In this document: piece by piece, positions 10,660 through 23,400 of the stretch
Layout: the number at the start of each line of letters is the position of its first letter
Position numbering within the stretch: the stretch's first letter is position 1
Assembly: GCF_006345805.1 (NCBI RefSeq)
Contig: NC_043011.1
Span: 7,874,001 to 7,938,000 of the forward strand
Length of the DNA stretch: 64,000 nucleotides
Origin: Octopus sinensis
Lineage: Eukaryota
Reading direction: 5' to 3'
Program-made: the position numbers and the translations under genes
The notes under the pieces: model-generated
Told to the model about the DNA's origin: nothing
What the model saw: only the letters and a program-made list of their open reading frames with translations
Databases searched by the model: none

Positions 10660-13600
10660 GACATGCTTCTTTGAGTTTCCGTCTACCAAATCCACTCACA
10701 AGGCTTTGGTCGGCCTGAGACTATAGTAGAAGACACTTGCCCAAGATGCCACACAGTGGGACTGAACCCAGAACCATGTGGTAGGTAAGCAAGCTACTTA
10801 CCACACAGCACATGTTTTATGTTCAAATTGGCTAGGTCTGGCCTCTTACACCTGCCCTTCACTGTCAGTCTAAAAATAAACAATCACATCATCGTGCTTT
10901 AAAAGAAGACCCATCAAGCTGAGCAAAATCGTCCAACCCATGCCAGCATGGACAACTGACGTTAAATGATGATGATCATCATCATTGAAATCTCAATGTT
11001 GCTGATGCTATCAGGACAAAATCCCCACCAAGAACAAAATCCACCAAGAATAAAATTCCTCCAGACAAATTTTACACAAAAATATAAACTAATAAATATT
11101 CTAAATTTTTTGTAAAATTTCTCTTCCCTAAAATATTTTTATTGTAAAGAAAGAACAACACCCCAGGCGATATTGACTGCCGGGGGACTATGTCCTAGTA
11201 CCACAACTGATAATGCATAATTCATTCAAAACAATGTGAATTAGTAAACATTACATTTGACAGAACAATCTGATTGCTAAAGGTTTAAATTATGCAAATT
11301 ACCAACACCATAAATGTGTTTCTACTCATTTTGCATTTGTCTAAGTTCCTTGGTTACTGGAGATAGGTTAGGGCAGCTGCTGTGTTGATGAGGCATATTG
11401 AGGCAGAAACATGTGTCCATGACTGTCCTCTTGTCTCCAGACAATAAACCTGTCCTTTCAACTTTGGAGAATTCCTAATTCTTGAGATTATCTCCCTTCC
11501 TCGAGTGGAACTGGTCTTATTTGCCATTTGGTTGTTATGATACTTCATCTGGAGGTGGAGGTCATCATCATCATCATCGTTTAACATCCGCTTTCCATGC
11601 TAGCATGGGTTGGATGATTTTGACTAAGGACTGGCGAACCAGATGGCTGCACCAGGCTCCAATCTGATCTGGCAGAGTTTCTACAGCTGGATGTCCTTCC
11701 TAACGCCAACCACTCTGAGAGTGTAGTGGGTGCTTTTACGTGCCACCAGCATGAGGGCAAGTTTGGTGGTACTGGTAAAGGCCACGCTGAAATGGCGCTT
11801 TTTATGTGCCACCTGCACAGGAGCCAGTCCAGCGGCACAGGCGATGACCTCGCTCGAATGTTTCACGTGCCACCAGCAAGAGTGCAAGTAAGGCGACACG
11901 GTAACGATCACGCTCGAATGGTGTGCTTAACGTGCCATCGGCACGAAGGCCAGCTTGTTGCTCTGGCAACGATCTCACTCGTATGGTACTCTTAGCTCTC
12001 CACTAGCAACGGATGCCAGTCACCGAGTTTGATATATGTATGTATATATATATGTATATATATATATATGTATGTGTCTGTGTTTGTTCCTGCACTTTTG
12101 CTTGACAAGCAATGTTGGTGTGTTTACGTCCCCGTAAACTTTTGTAGTTTGACAAAAGGGACCAATAGAATCAGCACTAGGCTTACAAAGAATAAGTCCT
12201 GGGGTCGATTTGTTTGACTAAAGGTGGTGCTCCAGCATGGCTGCAGTCAAATGACTGAAACAAATAAAACGAAAAGAAAAAGAATATATATATAATATAT
12301 TTTCCATGCTGTCATGGGTTGGATGGTTCCCACAAGAAGTAGCAAGTAAGAAAGAATGCATTAATGTCTGGTGTCTGCTTTGGTTTTGGCATCGTTTCTA
12401 TAGATGGATGCCCTTCCTAATACAGATATATTGGTCGCTTCTTTTGCATGGCACCAGCAGTAGCAGCAACAGTGAGTTCAGCAAGCAAGTTGCAAGGCAA
12501 AGACCCTCTTGACTGAGATGGAGCAGAGTAATATTGAGGGACAGGAAAAGCAGTCTTGCATTAGAGGGCAAATGTGGCTCCCTCGAGAGGGCAGAGAGTG
12601 AGAGAAGATGGTGAAGATGTGATAGGGAAACAGGGATAGGGATATATATATATATATATGGCAAAAAGAGACCGATAGAATAAGTACTGGGCTTACAAAG
12701 AATAAGTCCCGGGGTCGATTTGCTCGACTAAAGGCGGTGCTCCAGCATGGCCGCAGTCAAATGACTGAAACAAGTAAACGAAAATATACGTGGTCTGGTC
12801 AATAAGTATGTGGACTGTTGCCATGGTTACGAAGCTAAAGCATGCAGAGTAAAGCCACTTGGCACAGATTGAGCTTGAACTCTGCTGTGCAGGCACACTA
12901 AGTTTTAACATTCTGGCTCACTTCCACTGTTTACAGCAGTGCTTAGAAGGAAGGTGTGTAGCGTGTGATTATCGCATTGACAATGACAGATGGTTGAGCT
13001 GAAAATCTGCATCAAATTTTGCCAAAAGCTTGGTGGTACCTGCTCAGAGGCCTTCGCAAAGTTTTCAAAATGTTTTCATCATTCTCAACACAATCAAGGA
13101 GATCTTGTGCACCTGAAACCCGAATGTCTTCTTGGTCAGCTGAAAACAGTTTTGGCACAAACTTGGCAGACACACATCTCATACCCAAATCTTCAGTGAT
13201 AATGGACTGAACTGAACCATAACTAATCTGCACATCCTCTGGTAACTCACGGATGGTGATTCGACGATTTCCCCTCACAACTGCACACATATCTGCAATG
13301 TTTTTTTCGGTTCTGCTAGTTGCAGATCTCCCAGAATGCTTGTCATCTTGGAAAAATCTGAACCCCTCATACACTTGTGTGCAGCTCATACACTCCTCTC
13401 CATACACTTTCTGTAACTCTACGTAGGCCTGTGAGCAGGTATCACTGTGACAGCTTTCTCTGTCATGTCCAATGTGACGATCACACGCAACACACCTTCC
13501 TTCCAAGCATTGCTGTAAACAGCGGAAGTGAGCTATAACGGTAAAAGTTAGTGCACATGCTCAGCAGAGCTTAAGGTCAATCTTTGTCAAGTGGCTTCAC

Positions 13601-16600
13601 TCTGCATGCTTTAGCCTTGTTACTAAGACAACAGTCTGGATACTTATAGATCAGACCTTGTAAATATATATATGTGTGTGTGTGTTGTGTGTGTGTGTGT
13701 GTAATAATATCTAATATCAAAGATCCTAACCTCTCCATCTAGAGTAAGAACCCAGTCCTGTAACAGCTTGGGGCTCAAAGCCCATAGCTTTTTAGAACCT
13801 TGCCAAAAAGCATACATATTTCTTTACTACCCACAAGGGGCTAAACACACGGATTAAGTCGATTATATAGACCCCAGTGCGTAACTGGTACTTATTTAAT
13901 CAACTGCGAAAGGATGAAAGGCAAAGTCGACCTCGGCGGAATTTGAACTCAGAATGTAGCAGCAGACGAAATACCGCTAAGCATTTCGCCCGGCGTGCTA
14001 ACGTTTCTGCCAGCTCGCCGTCTTAAAGCATACAGATATGAATATGTTCAAAGAACATTTAGACAAATTTTTTATCTGATAAAGCAGATGAACCTACATC
14101 ATAACAAGAAGCACAAAGAAGGACAGCTTTGTCCAACTCACTGCTTTACCAGACTGAGTTTTGAGATGACCGAGAAGTGAATATAAAATGCACAAGCATG
14201 AGCATAAATGGTGGTGCACCAGCATGGCCACAACCTCTAACTGAAGCCAATGAGGCCCAGGCATGGCTGTGTGGTAAGAAACCTACTTCCTAGCCACATG
14301 GTTCTGAGTTCAATCTTCTACTATAGCCTCAGGCCAACCAAATCCTTGTGTGTGGATTTGGTAGGTGGAAACTGAAAGGAATCTGTTGCGTGTGTGTATG
14401 TATGTTCCCCATGACCTCTTGACAACTGGTGTTGGTGTGTTTACATCCCTGAAATATAGCAGTTCAGCAAAAGCAGCCTATAGGGTAAGTACTAGGCTTA
14501 AAGAAATAAGTCCTGGGTTTGTCTAAAAATTCTTCGAGCCTATGCCCCAGCATGGCCGTTCTCTAATGACCAACACAAAGAAAAGATGCATCTTCTCTCT
14601 ATATATAAACGGCAGTTTGTCTGTGTGTCTGTCACGTTGTACCCTCACCCTGACCACGGCTTTCAACCGATTCTGATGAAACTTGACACACACATAGCCC
14701 AATGTCATAATTCAAAACTAACGCAGCGAAAATTTTGAAAAGTTCCCCCAATTCTGAAAAATATCGATAAATTTGACATGGGGTCGAGAATCAGAAACAC
14801 AAACCACAGACTGTCTAGGGGACGCAACTCGACCCTTTTAACTCTCAAAAAAAATTTACCATCATTTTTTTTCCATTTTTTTGCTATTTTTTAGCTATAA
14901 CTCTCTAAAAATGCTTTATAGTTATTTCCCTTACAAACCCGGGCAACGCCGGGCGATACTGCTAGTAATAGATAAATGCAATGTATTTTACAGTCTTTTA
15001 CCAAGACGGATCCTTCTTGACTTTGAATACTGGCTGGAGCAGTTCAATGAACACGCAGGGTCACCGTGTTCTCACTCAAGAAGCCATAATTGTTACCACC
15101 CATGGTAAGTGGATCTTTTTATTGTTGTTGTTGTTGTTGTTGTTGCAATGATGACCTACAGGTGGGTCACAGCCAGCTGCAATGGGTGTGGATGTCTGGG
15201 GATTGTGATGTGTGTAACGAGGGAAAACTTGGGATCGAGGATAATGCTGAGGTCAGTTTTGTGTGGTGCGTAAAACGTGGGGCTTAGCTGTGTGTGGTGT
15301 GTGCAATACCTAGCTTTGTGTATAATATGATACTTAACTATGTTGTTTGATTGTATGACTTGTTTTATTATACACTGCCTGGTTGTATGATGTAACTGCT
15401 TGTGGACAAATTATTGTCTGATTGTATGATAAAACAGATTGTGGATGGATTATTGTCTAATTGTATGATAAAACAGATTGTGGATGGATTATTGTCTGAT
15501 ATGAATATACTGCCAATGTATTGTATGTTGCTTGTGTGTGTTATATATTGTTTGATGATTGTATGATGTAATAGATTGGACAAATTATTGTCTGATTGTA
15601 TGATATAAATATTCTGTCAATATAGGCGCAGGAGCAGCTGTGTGGTAAGTAGCTTGCTTACCAACCACATAGTTCCGGGTTCAGTCCCACTGCGTGGCGC
15701 CTTGGGCAAGTGTCTTCTACTATAGCCTCGGGCCAACCAAAGCCATGTGAGTGGATTTGGTAGACGGAAACTGGAAGAAGCCTTCCCTTCCAGACCTAGA
15801 GTTACGTGGTGGTGGAATAGTACAGTAGACAAAGCCATTAGAGCAAAGAAACAGGCCTGGAAAACTTGGAGGGGTGGGGGTAACAGGGAACTGTACCAGG
15901 TAGCCAGAAGGAAGGTTGGGTGGCAGGTATACATAGCTAAGGGTGAAGCAGAAAAGAAGACGTTTGTCAATGTCCAGCAACGTGGGGATCAAAGAACTGA
16001 GGTATTTTGGATTGCAAGACAGTGTGTGAAAGAAAATTGTGATGTCACAGGAGGGAAATGGGTCCGCATGGATGATGGTGCACTTGCTTTCAATGTTTCT
16101 GAAAAGAAAAAGGCTTGGAGAAGCCATTATGAGAGACTGCTGAATGTGGAGAATGAATGGGAGAAGGAGAGCCTGCCAAATGTTGACCCAGTAGAGGGAC
16201 CAGCTATCCGAATAGACAGCTCCCCAGTAGTTAAGGCAATTAAGGGTATGAAACCAGGAAAAGCCCCCGGCCCATCGGGAATCACTGCTGAGATGCTTAA
16301 AACAGCTGGTTGTGTGGGCTATGGCCTAGTTACCCACATTGTAAACCAGGTAGTTCATAATGGAGTCATACCCAATGACTGGCGTAGCAGCACCATAGTC
16401 AACTGCTACAAGGATAAAGGTGATGCTCTAGATAGAAACAACTACAGGGGTATTAAACTGGTGGATCAGGTGATGAAGGTCACAAAGAGGGTCATAGCCC
16501 ATCTCATCAGGGAGAGAGTTTGCTTAGATGAGATGCAGTTCAGTTTTGTGCCAGGTAGAAGCACCACTGATGCTATATTCCTGGTCCGACAACTGCAGGA

Positions 16601-19600
16601 GAAATACCTAGCTAAAGATAAACCCCTCTACATAGCTTTCGTGGACTTGGAGAAAGCCTTTGACAGGGTCCCCCGATCCCTTATCTGGTGGGCGATGCGG
16701 AAACTGGAGATTGATGAATGGTTAATAAGGGCTGTACAGGCCCTATACTGAGAGGCTGTCAGCAAGGTTAGGATTGGCAATGAGTATAGTGAAGAATTCC
16801 GGGTAGAAGTAGGGGTCCACCAAGGTTCAGCCCTCAGTCCCCTTTTATTCATCATAGTCCTCCAGGCAATAACAGAGGGATTCAAGATGGGTTGCCCCTG
16901 GGAGCTCCTCTATGCTGATGACCTGGCCCTCATAGCAGAATCACTACCGGAACTAGAAAAGAAATTTCTGGTGTGGAAGCAAGGTTTAGAATCAAAGGGC
17001 CTTAGAATAAATGTAGCAAAGACCAACTTGATAGTAAGCAGAAAGGTGAACTCATCACACACACCCTCGGGCAGGTGGCCCTGCTCGATCTGTAGGAAAG
17101 GTGCAGGTAGAAACTCCATAAGATGCACCCATAAGAAGCATCAGATGTGGTGTGCAAGAGAGACGTTTGTGCTGGTATGGTCATGTACTGCGGATGGATG
17201 AGGAGAGATGTGTGAAGAAGTGCCACTCCCAAACAGTTGAAGGTATCAGGAGGAGAGTTAGACCCAGGAAGACATGGGATGAGGTAGTCAAGCATGACTT
17301 TCGAACGTTGGGCCTCACAGAGACAATGATGAAAGACGGAGATCTCTGGAGATATGCTGTGACTGCAAAGATCCTGGCCAGCGCTACCTTGACTGGTTTC
17401 TGTACCGGTGGCACATGACCTGCTGTGCTTGCGGCGACCTGTTGAGTCAAGTACATCAACATCAAAATTAATATCAAATGGAAATAGTAATTGTGATACC
17501 TGTGCTGGTGGCACGTATAAAGCACCATCCGAACGTGTCCGATGCCTGCGCGGCCTTGACTGGCTTCTGTGCCAGTGGCACGTAAAAATCACCAACCGAT
17601 CATGGCCGCTGCCAGCCTCCCCTGGCACCTGTGCCAGTGGCATGTAAAAAGCACCCACTACACTCATGGAGTGGTTGGCGTTAGGAAGGGCATCCAGCTG
17701 TAGAAACACTGCCAGATCAGACCCCAGTCGAACCATCCAACCCGTGCTAACATGGAAAACGGAGGTTAAACGATGATGATGATGATATATATATATTCGG
17801 TGTTTCTCTCCCACCATTGCTTGAGAATTGATGTTCGTGTGTTTACGTCCTTGTAACTTATCGGTTCAGCAAAATAGACTGATAGAATAAGTACTAGGCT
17901 TACAAAGAATAAGTCCTGGGCTCAATTTGTTCGAGTAAAAGTGGTGCTCCAGCATGACCACAGTCAAATGACTGAAACAAATAAAAGAATTCTGTCAATC
18001 TATTGTATGTTGTTTGATTGTATAACTTGATGTGTTAGATATTGTTTGATGGTTGTATGATGTAAAACACTGGTCAAATTATTGTCTGATTGTATGATAG
18101 AAATATACTGTTGATGTATATTATATTCGTTTCCTTTATAATATATCTTCTTATATTTTCTTTCCCACCAAATGCTGTGTCCATCCTTAACAGAAATTGG
18201 TAAGTTAGCATTGTCTTAATCTTTATATTTTTGCATCCCACAACACAAATACTGAATAATGTGGTGCTCCGGCATGGCCATGGAAGTTAAAACAAACTAA
18301 ATACCTGTTTGTTTACTACCCACAAGGGGCTAAACACAGAGAGGACAAACAAGGACAAACGGATTAAGTCGATTATATCGACTCCAGTGCGTAACTGGTA
18401 CTTATTTAATCGACGCCGAAAGGATGAAAGGCAAAGTCGACCTCGGCGGAATTTGAACTCAGAACGTAGCGGCAGACGGAAATACCTCTAAGCATTTCGC
18501 CTGGCATGCTAACGTTTCTGCCAGCTCGCCACCTTCTAAAACAAACTAAATACCGCCACCACCACCAAACTGTGTTTTTTATATGGTTTAGTTACTCATT
18601 ATTCAGGTAGTGATTGGTCATCACATGTCTAAGCGTCAAGTACACAGACAGAAGCACAACTGACTTCTTTGACAAGAAGCTTGCTTCTCAACCATATGGT
18701 TTTCGGTTCAGTCCTGCTGTGCAGCACTCCTAATGCCAACCACTCCAAGAGTGTAATGGGTACTTTTACATGCCAATGGCACGGGTGCCATTTGCATGAC
18801 AACAGGGTGTGTTTAAGTGCCACCGACACAAGTGCCAGTTTGTGCGACACCGGTATCTGTCACAACTGCAATTCTGCTCAGTTTGATGGGTCTTCTTTTA
18901 AAGCACGACATAATGCCAAAGGTCTCGGTCATTGCCTCCATGGGGCCCAACACTCGAAAGGAACACAGCTGCCTTGCCTCCATGCATGTATGCATGCATC
19001 TTTGTGTTTGTTCCCTCCAACTCCCATGCCACTTGACAACTGGTGTTGGTTTGTTTATATCCTTGTAACTTAGCAGTTTGGCAAAAGCAACTAGTAGAAT
19101 AAATACCAGACTTTAAAAAAAAAAAAACCCAAAAATCAAGTAATGACGGGGTTGATTTGTTTGAGTAAACCTTTTCAAGGCAGTGCTCCAGCATGGCCAC
19201 AGCCCAGCGACTGAAACAACCTGAAGCTAAAAGACAAAAAATTTAAATATCAGGGATCAATGAGTTGCTAAGTGATTTTGGGTTCAGACCAGATTTTTTT
19301 GTTTTTTTCTTTTTGTTGTTGAAGGGGTTAGTGTGTCCTTATTTCATTGGTTTTTTTTTTACATCAGGCCATAACTGGGGTAGTGAGCATGACCCTGGCG
19401 AGGGCATCTGTTCCCCTTCATCATTTGACAATGGAAAATATGTCATGTACCCTTATGCTGTCTCAGGGTATGAATTAAATAACTATGTGAGTATTTTTGT
19501 TTCCATGCTTTTGGGTTTTTTTTTTATTTATGTTTTTTTTTTAATATCTTTTATATATTGTTCTAAAATCAAAATCAAGATCGAAATCAAAATGGAAATT

Positions 19601-20392
19601 GTAGTTGTGGCCGATGCCAGTGTTACCTGACTGGCACCCGTACTGGTGGCACGTAACAAGCACCATTCAATTGTGGGTCTACGCCAGTGCCACCTGACTG
19701 GTCCCTGTGCCAGTGGAATGTAAAAAGCACCGTCCAAACGTCGTTGATGCCAGTCCGCCTTCCCATCTGGCTCGTGTGCCTGTGACACGTAAAATATACT
19801 ATACGAACTTAATTAATGCCTGGCTCCCATGCCGGTGGCACATAAAGACCACCCACTACTCTCTCTGAGTAGTTGCTGTTAGGAAGGGCATCCAGCTGTA
19901 GAAACCCTTTCTGATCAGATTGGAGCCTGGTGCAGCCTCCTGGCTAGCCAGCCCTCAGTCAAACCGTCCAACCCATGCCAGCATGGAAAGCAGATGTTAA
20001 ACGATGATGAGGATAATGTTGCATTGTATGGTTTGCAATTTCATTGTTGTCGTGGTTGGGTGGTAAGCAGCTTGCTTCCCAGCTGCATGGTTTCAGGTTC
20101 AGTCCCACTGCTTGGTGTCTTGGGTGGTTGTATTCTGCTCCAGCCTGAGGCCAACCAAAGAGGATTTGGTAAATGCAAACTGAAATCGCTAAACACTCAA
20201 TCCTATTCTTCATTCGGTTTCTTTGCTATTTTCTTCTTTATTATCGGCTCTTGAAGATAGACTTGTAATTTATAGTCAATTTGACTTTTCATCTTTTATA
20301 TTTGTTTCTTTGAGAGTAGATTTAGTGGATGGAAACTGAAAGAATCCCATCATGTATATATATATGTGTGTGTTTGTGTATGTCTATATATA

Positions 20393-20425
<33 letters not shown>

Positions 20426-23400
20426 TCCACATGTATATATATAGGCACAGGAGTGGCTATGTGGTAAGTAGCTGGCTTACCAACCACATGGTCCTGGGTT
20501 CAGTCCCACTGCATGGTACCTTGGGTGAGTGTCTTCTATTATAGCCTTGGGTCAACCAAAGCTATGTGAGTGGATTTGGTAGACAGAAACTGGAAGAAGC
20601 CCGTCATGTTTATATATATATTATATGTATTTCATATCTTTTGTTTCCTACATATGTTTCACCATTGTGGTTATTTGTATGCTCTGCATCAGATGTTTTT
20701 AGTGCAGTTGGTCACTGAACCATAACAGCAGGAATCAAGATCTTACTAGAAATGATTAGAGAAGATACCGGCATAAAACTCTGATTCTGAAACCAAAGTC
20801 TTGATGGGGAACAAGGACAGTTGGAAATAGAGAGTGAAGGATGTCTCCAACTGTTTTGCATATGGAGGACTGGTGGTGACGATACACATAAAGTGTATGA
20901 GCAGGAGTGGGAGAATATGTGTGGGTTCAAGCCTTGCTGTCTTCATATTTCATGTTGATTGCTAATAAACATCAGCATCATATAAACAGTGTTCAGCATT
21001 TGCAATCTGCCATGAAAACATGTCTGGCCATTGTGCTGTTTCTGTTCGAGGATTGAAGAGAAATAGCAATTCCTTTCTTAGAAACAGATTATGTAGGGTT
21101 GGTGACAGCAAGAGCGTCTGGCCATAGAGAATCTGCCTCAACAGTTTTTGTCTGATCCATGCAAGCATAGAAAAGTATGCATTAAGACAATGATGACAAT
21201 GATGATGAGAATGTGCTAAACTGGTTTATTTATTTATTTTCTTTTTCCAGAAATTTTCACCTTGCAGTAGGAAATTTATAAGCAAAGTATTGTTAGCAAA
21301 GGCCGCAACTTGTTTCTCAGGTATGATCAGTTGGTCAGTTTTTTTTTCTTTTTCCACTTCCTATTTTGTTGTGTTCACTATGTTTTCTATGCTATATATA
21401 TATGTCTTGTGAAGACCCGTTGAGACAAGTGAAAATCAAATCAAATCAAATCAAAATCAAAATCAAACCAAATCAAATCAGATATCAGAAAGCAGAACCA
21501 AAATCGAAGTCGATCAACATCAATGGAAATTGCAGCTGTGGTTAAGCGAACCATCCGATCGTAGCCGTTGCCAGCGCCGCCCCGACTGGCCTCCGTGCCG
21601 GTGGCACATAAAAGCACCATACGTTCGTGTCCGTTGCCAGCCTCGCCTGGCCCCGTGCCGGTGGCATGTTAAAGCATCGTCCGTTCATGGCCGTTTGCCA
21701 GCTCCGTCTGGCACCTGTGCGGGTGGCACGTAAAAAGCACCCACTACACTCACGGAGTGGTTGGCGTTAGGAAGGGCATCCAGCCGTAGAAACACTGCCA
21801 GATCAGACTTGGCCTGATGCAGCCTTCTGGCTTCACAGACCCCAGTTGAACCGTCCAACCCATGCTAGCATGGAAAGTGGACGCTAAATGATGATGATGA
21901 TGATATATAATTTTTTTTTTTTTTTACAGAGATGTACTTGCATAGCGTGTGACTTGATCTGAGATCATCTGCTGGAACCAAAACAATTGCAGCGTGGAAG
22001 GTGTTTATAAGCCATTTAAGAAACACACAAAAGCCTTTCGATTCAATCCAACATTTAAATTTAATTTGCCAAAATATTTTCGTCGCTTTGAGACCGCGAC
22101 CTGTTCACTGACAAAATTCCCTGCTGCATCTTTGTTTTGTCAGTGAACAGGTCGTGGTCTCAAAGCGACGAAAATATTTTGGTAAATTAAATTTAAATGT
22201 TGGAGTGAATCGAAAGGCTTTTGTGTGTTTCTTAAATGGCTTATAAACACCTTCCACGCTGCAATTGTTTTTTTTTTTTTTTTGTAATGAGATAAAAAAC
22301 TAAGGCTGTGTAGATTTTAGAACATTTATAGATAGAAGGTCTTACAGCTATTTCCAGGACATTTATTATATCCCTTCATCGGAGACAGTGTGAGACGATG
22401 GTTCAGAAATAGTTATTCTAGATATGATATAAAGTAGAGTGTGAGGTGAAGGAAATAAAAGAAAATGGATGTGAGATATGCAGGGATATTGCAGATCCAT
22501 TTTTTTATGCAGAATGGTATACATATAAGATTCCAATACCTTATGAGTAAAATCCAATAGTCATTCCAAGTATAGAGTTTATACACAGTGTTATTGAATT
22601 AAGGGTTTTATTTAAAGTAACTTAAAATATATATTTATATATATATTTGCAAAATGAATTAAAGTTTTAGCTTAAAATTATAATGTACGAGGGACGTTCA
22701 ATAAGTAATGCTCCTGACCCACTTGCAGTTGTTTGATCTAGCTGAAATTTTGCATGTGCAATTATTTATATCTCTATAGATTAAGTGGCAAATTACAGCT
22801 CTGATCTAATTGTGGTTTATGATTTACAGGTGTTTGAACTAAGTCAAGTGTGAAATGGAGCCTGTTGAGTGGCGAGCAGTGATCCGGTTTTTGTATTTGA
22901 AAGGACGCACACCACGGGAGACTTTTGATGAAATGAAAGTAACTTATGGTGATGATGCCCCATCATATGACCTTGTAAAACGCTGGCATCGTGAATTCAA
23001 ATATGGTTGGAACTCTGTGGAAACAGCTCCCAAATCTGGTCCCCCCCCCCCTTCTGCCATTGATGAGGCATCTGTCTGTCAAGTTGAGTCTACCATTTTG
23101 TAAGATCGACGCATAACGATTCGCCAAATAGCCCATGAGGTCAAGATTAGTACCGGGTCTGTGGAAACTATCATTCATGACCATTTGCATATGCAAAAGG
23201 TGTCTGCCAGATGGATTCCCAGGTTGTTCACACCTTTTCAGAAGCAAGAACGCGTCGAGGGCTCGAGGATGAATTTGGAGATGTGCCAAGAAGATGAGTC
23301 AAAGTTTTTCAAAAGACTGATTGCACAGGATGAAACCTGGGTCCATCACGATGATCCAGAGACCAAAGCCCAGTCAATGCAGTGGAAGCACCATGACTCA

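Noticed and set aside
14670-14690. Other isolated CTGATGA hits (14673, 45590 on -, 45998, 48722, 57066, 61260)
   Set aside because: There is no stem II plus GAAA plus stem I arrangement; several lie in coding sequence.
18184-18193. U12-like branch motif TCCTTAAC directly before the microexon acceptor
   Set aside because: It lies too close to the AG, and the upstream donor (15105, GTAAGT) is U2-type. It is treated as an ordinary acceptor.
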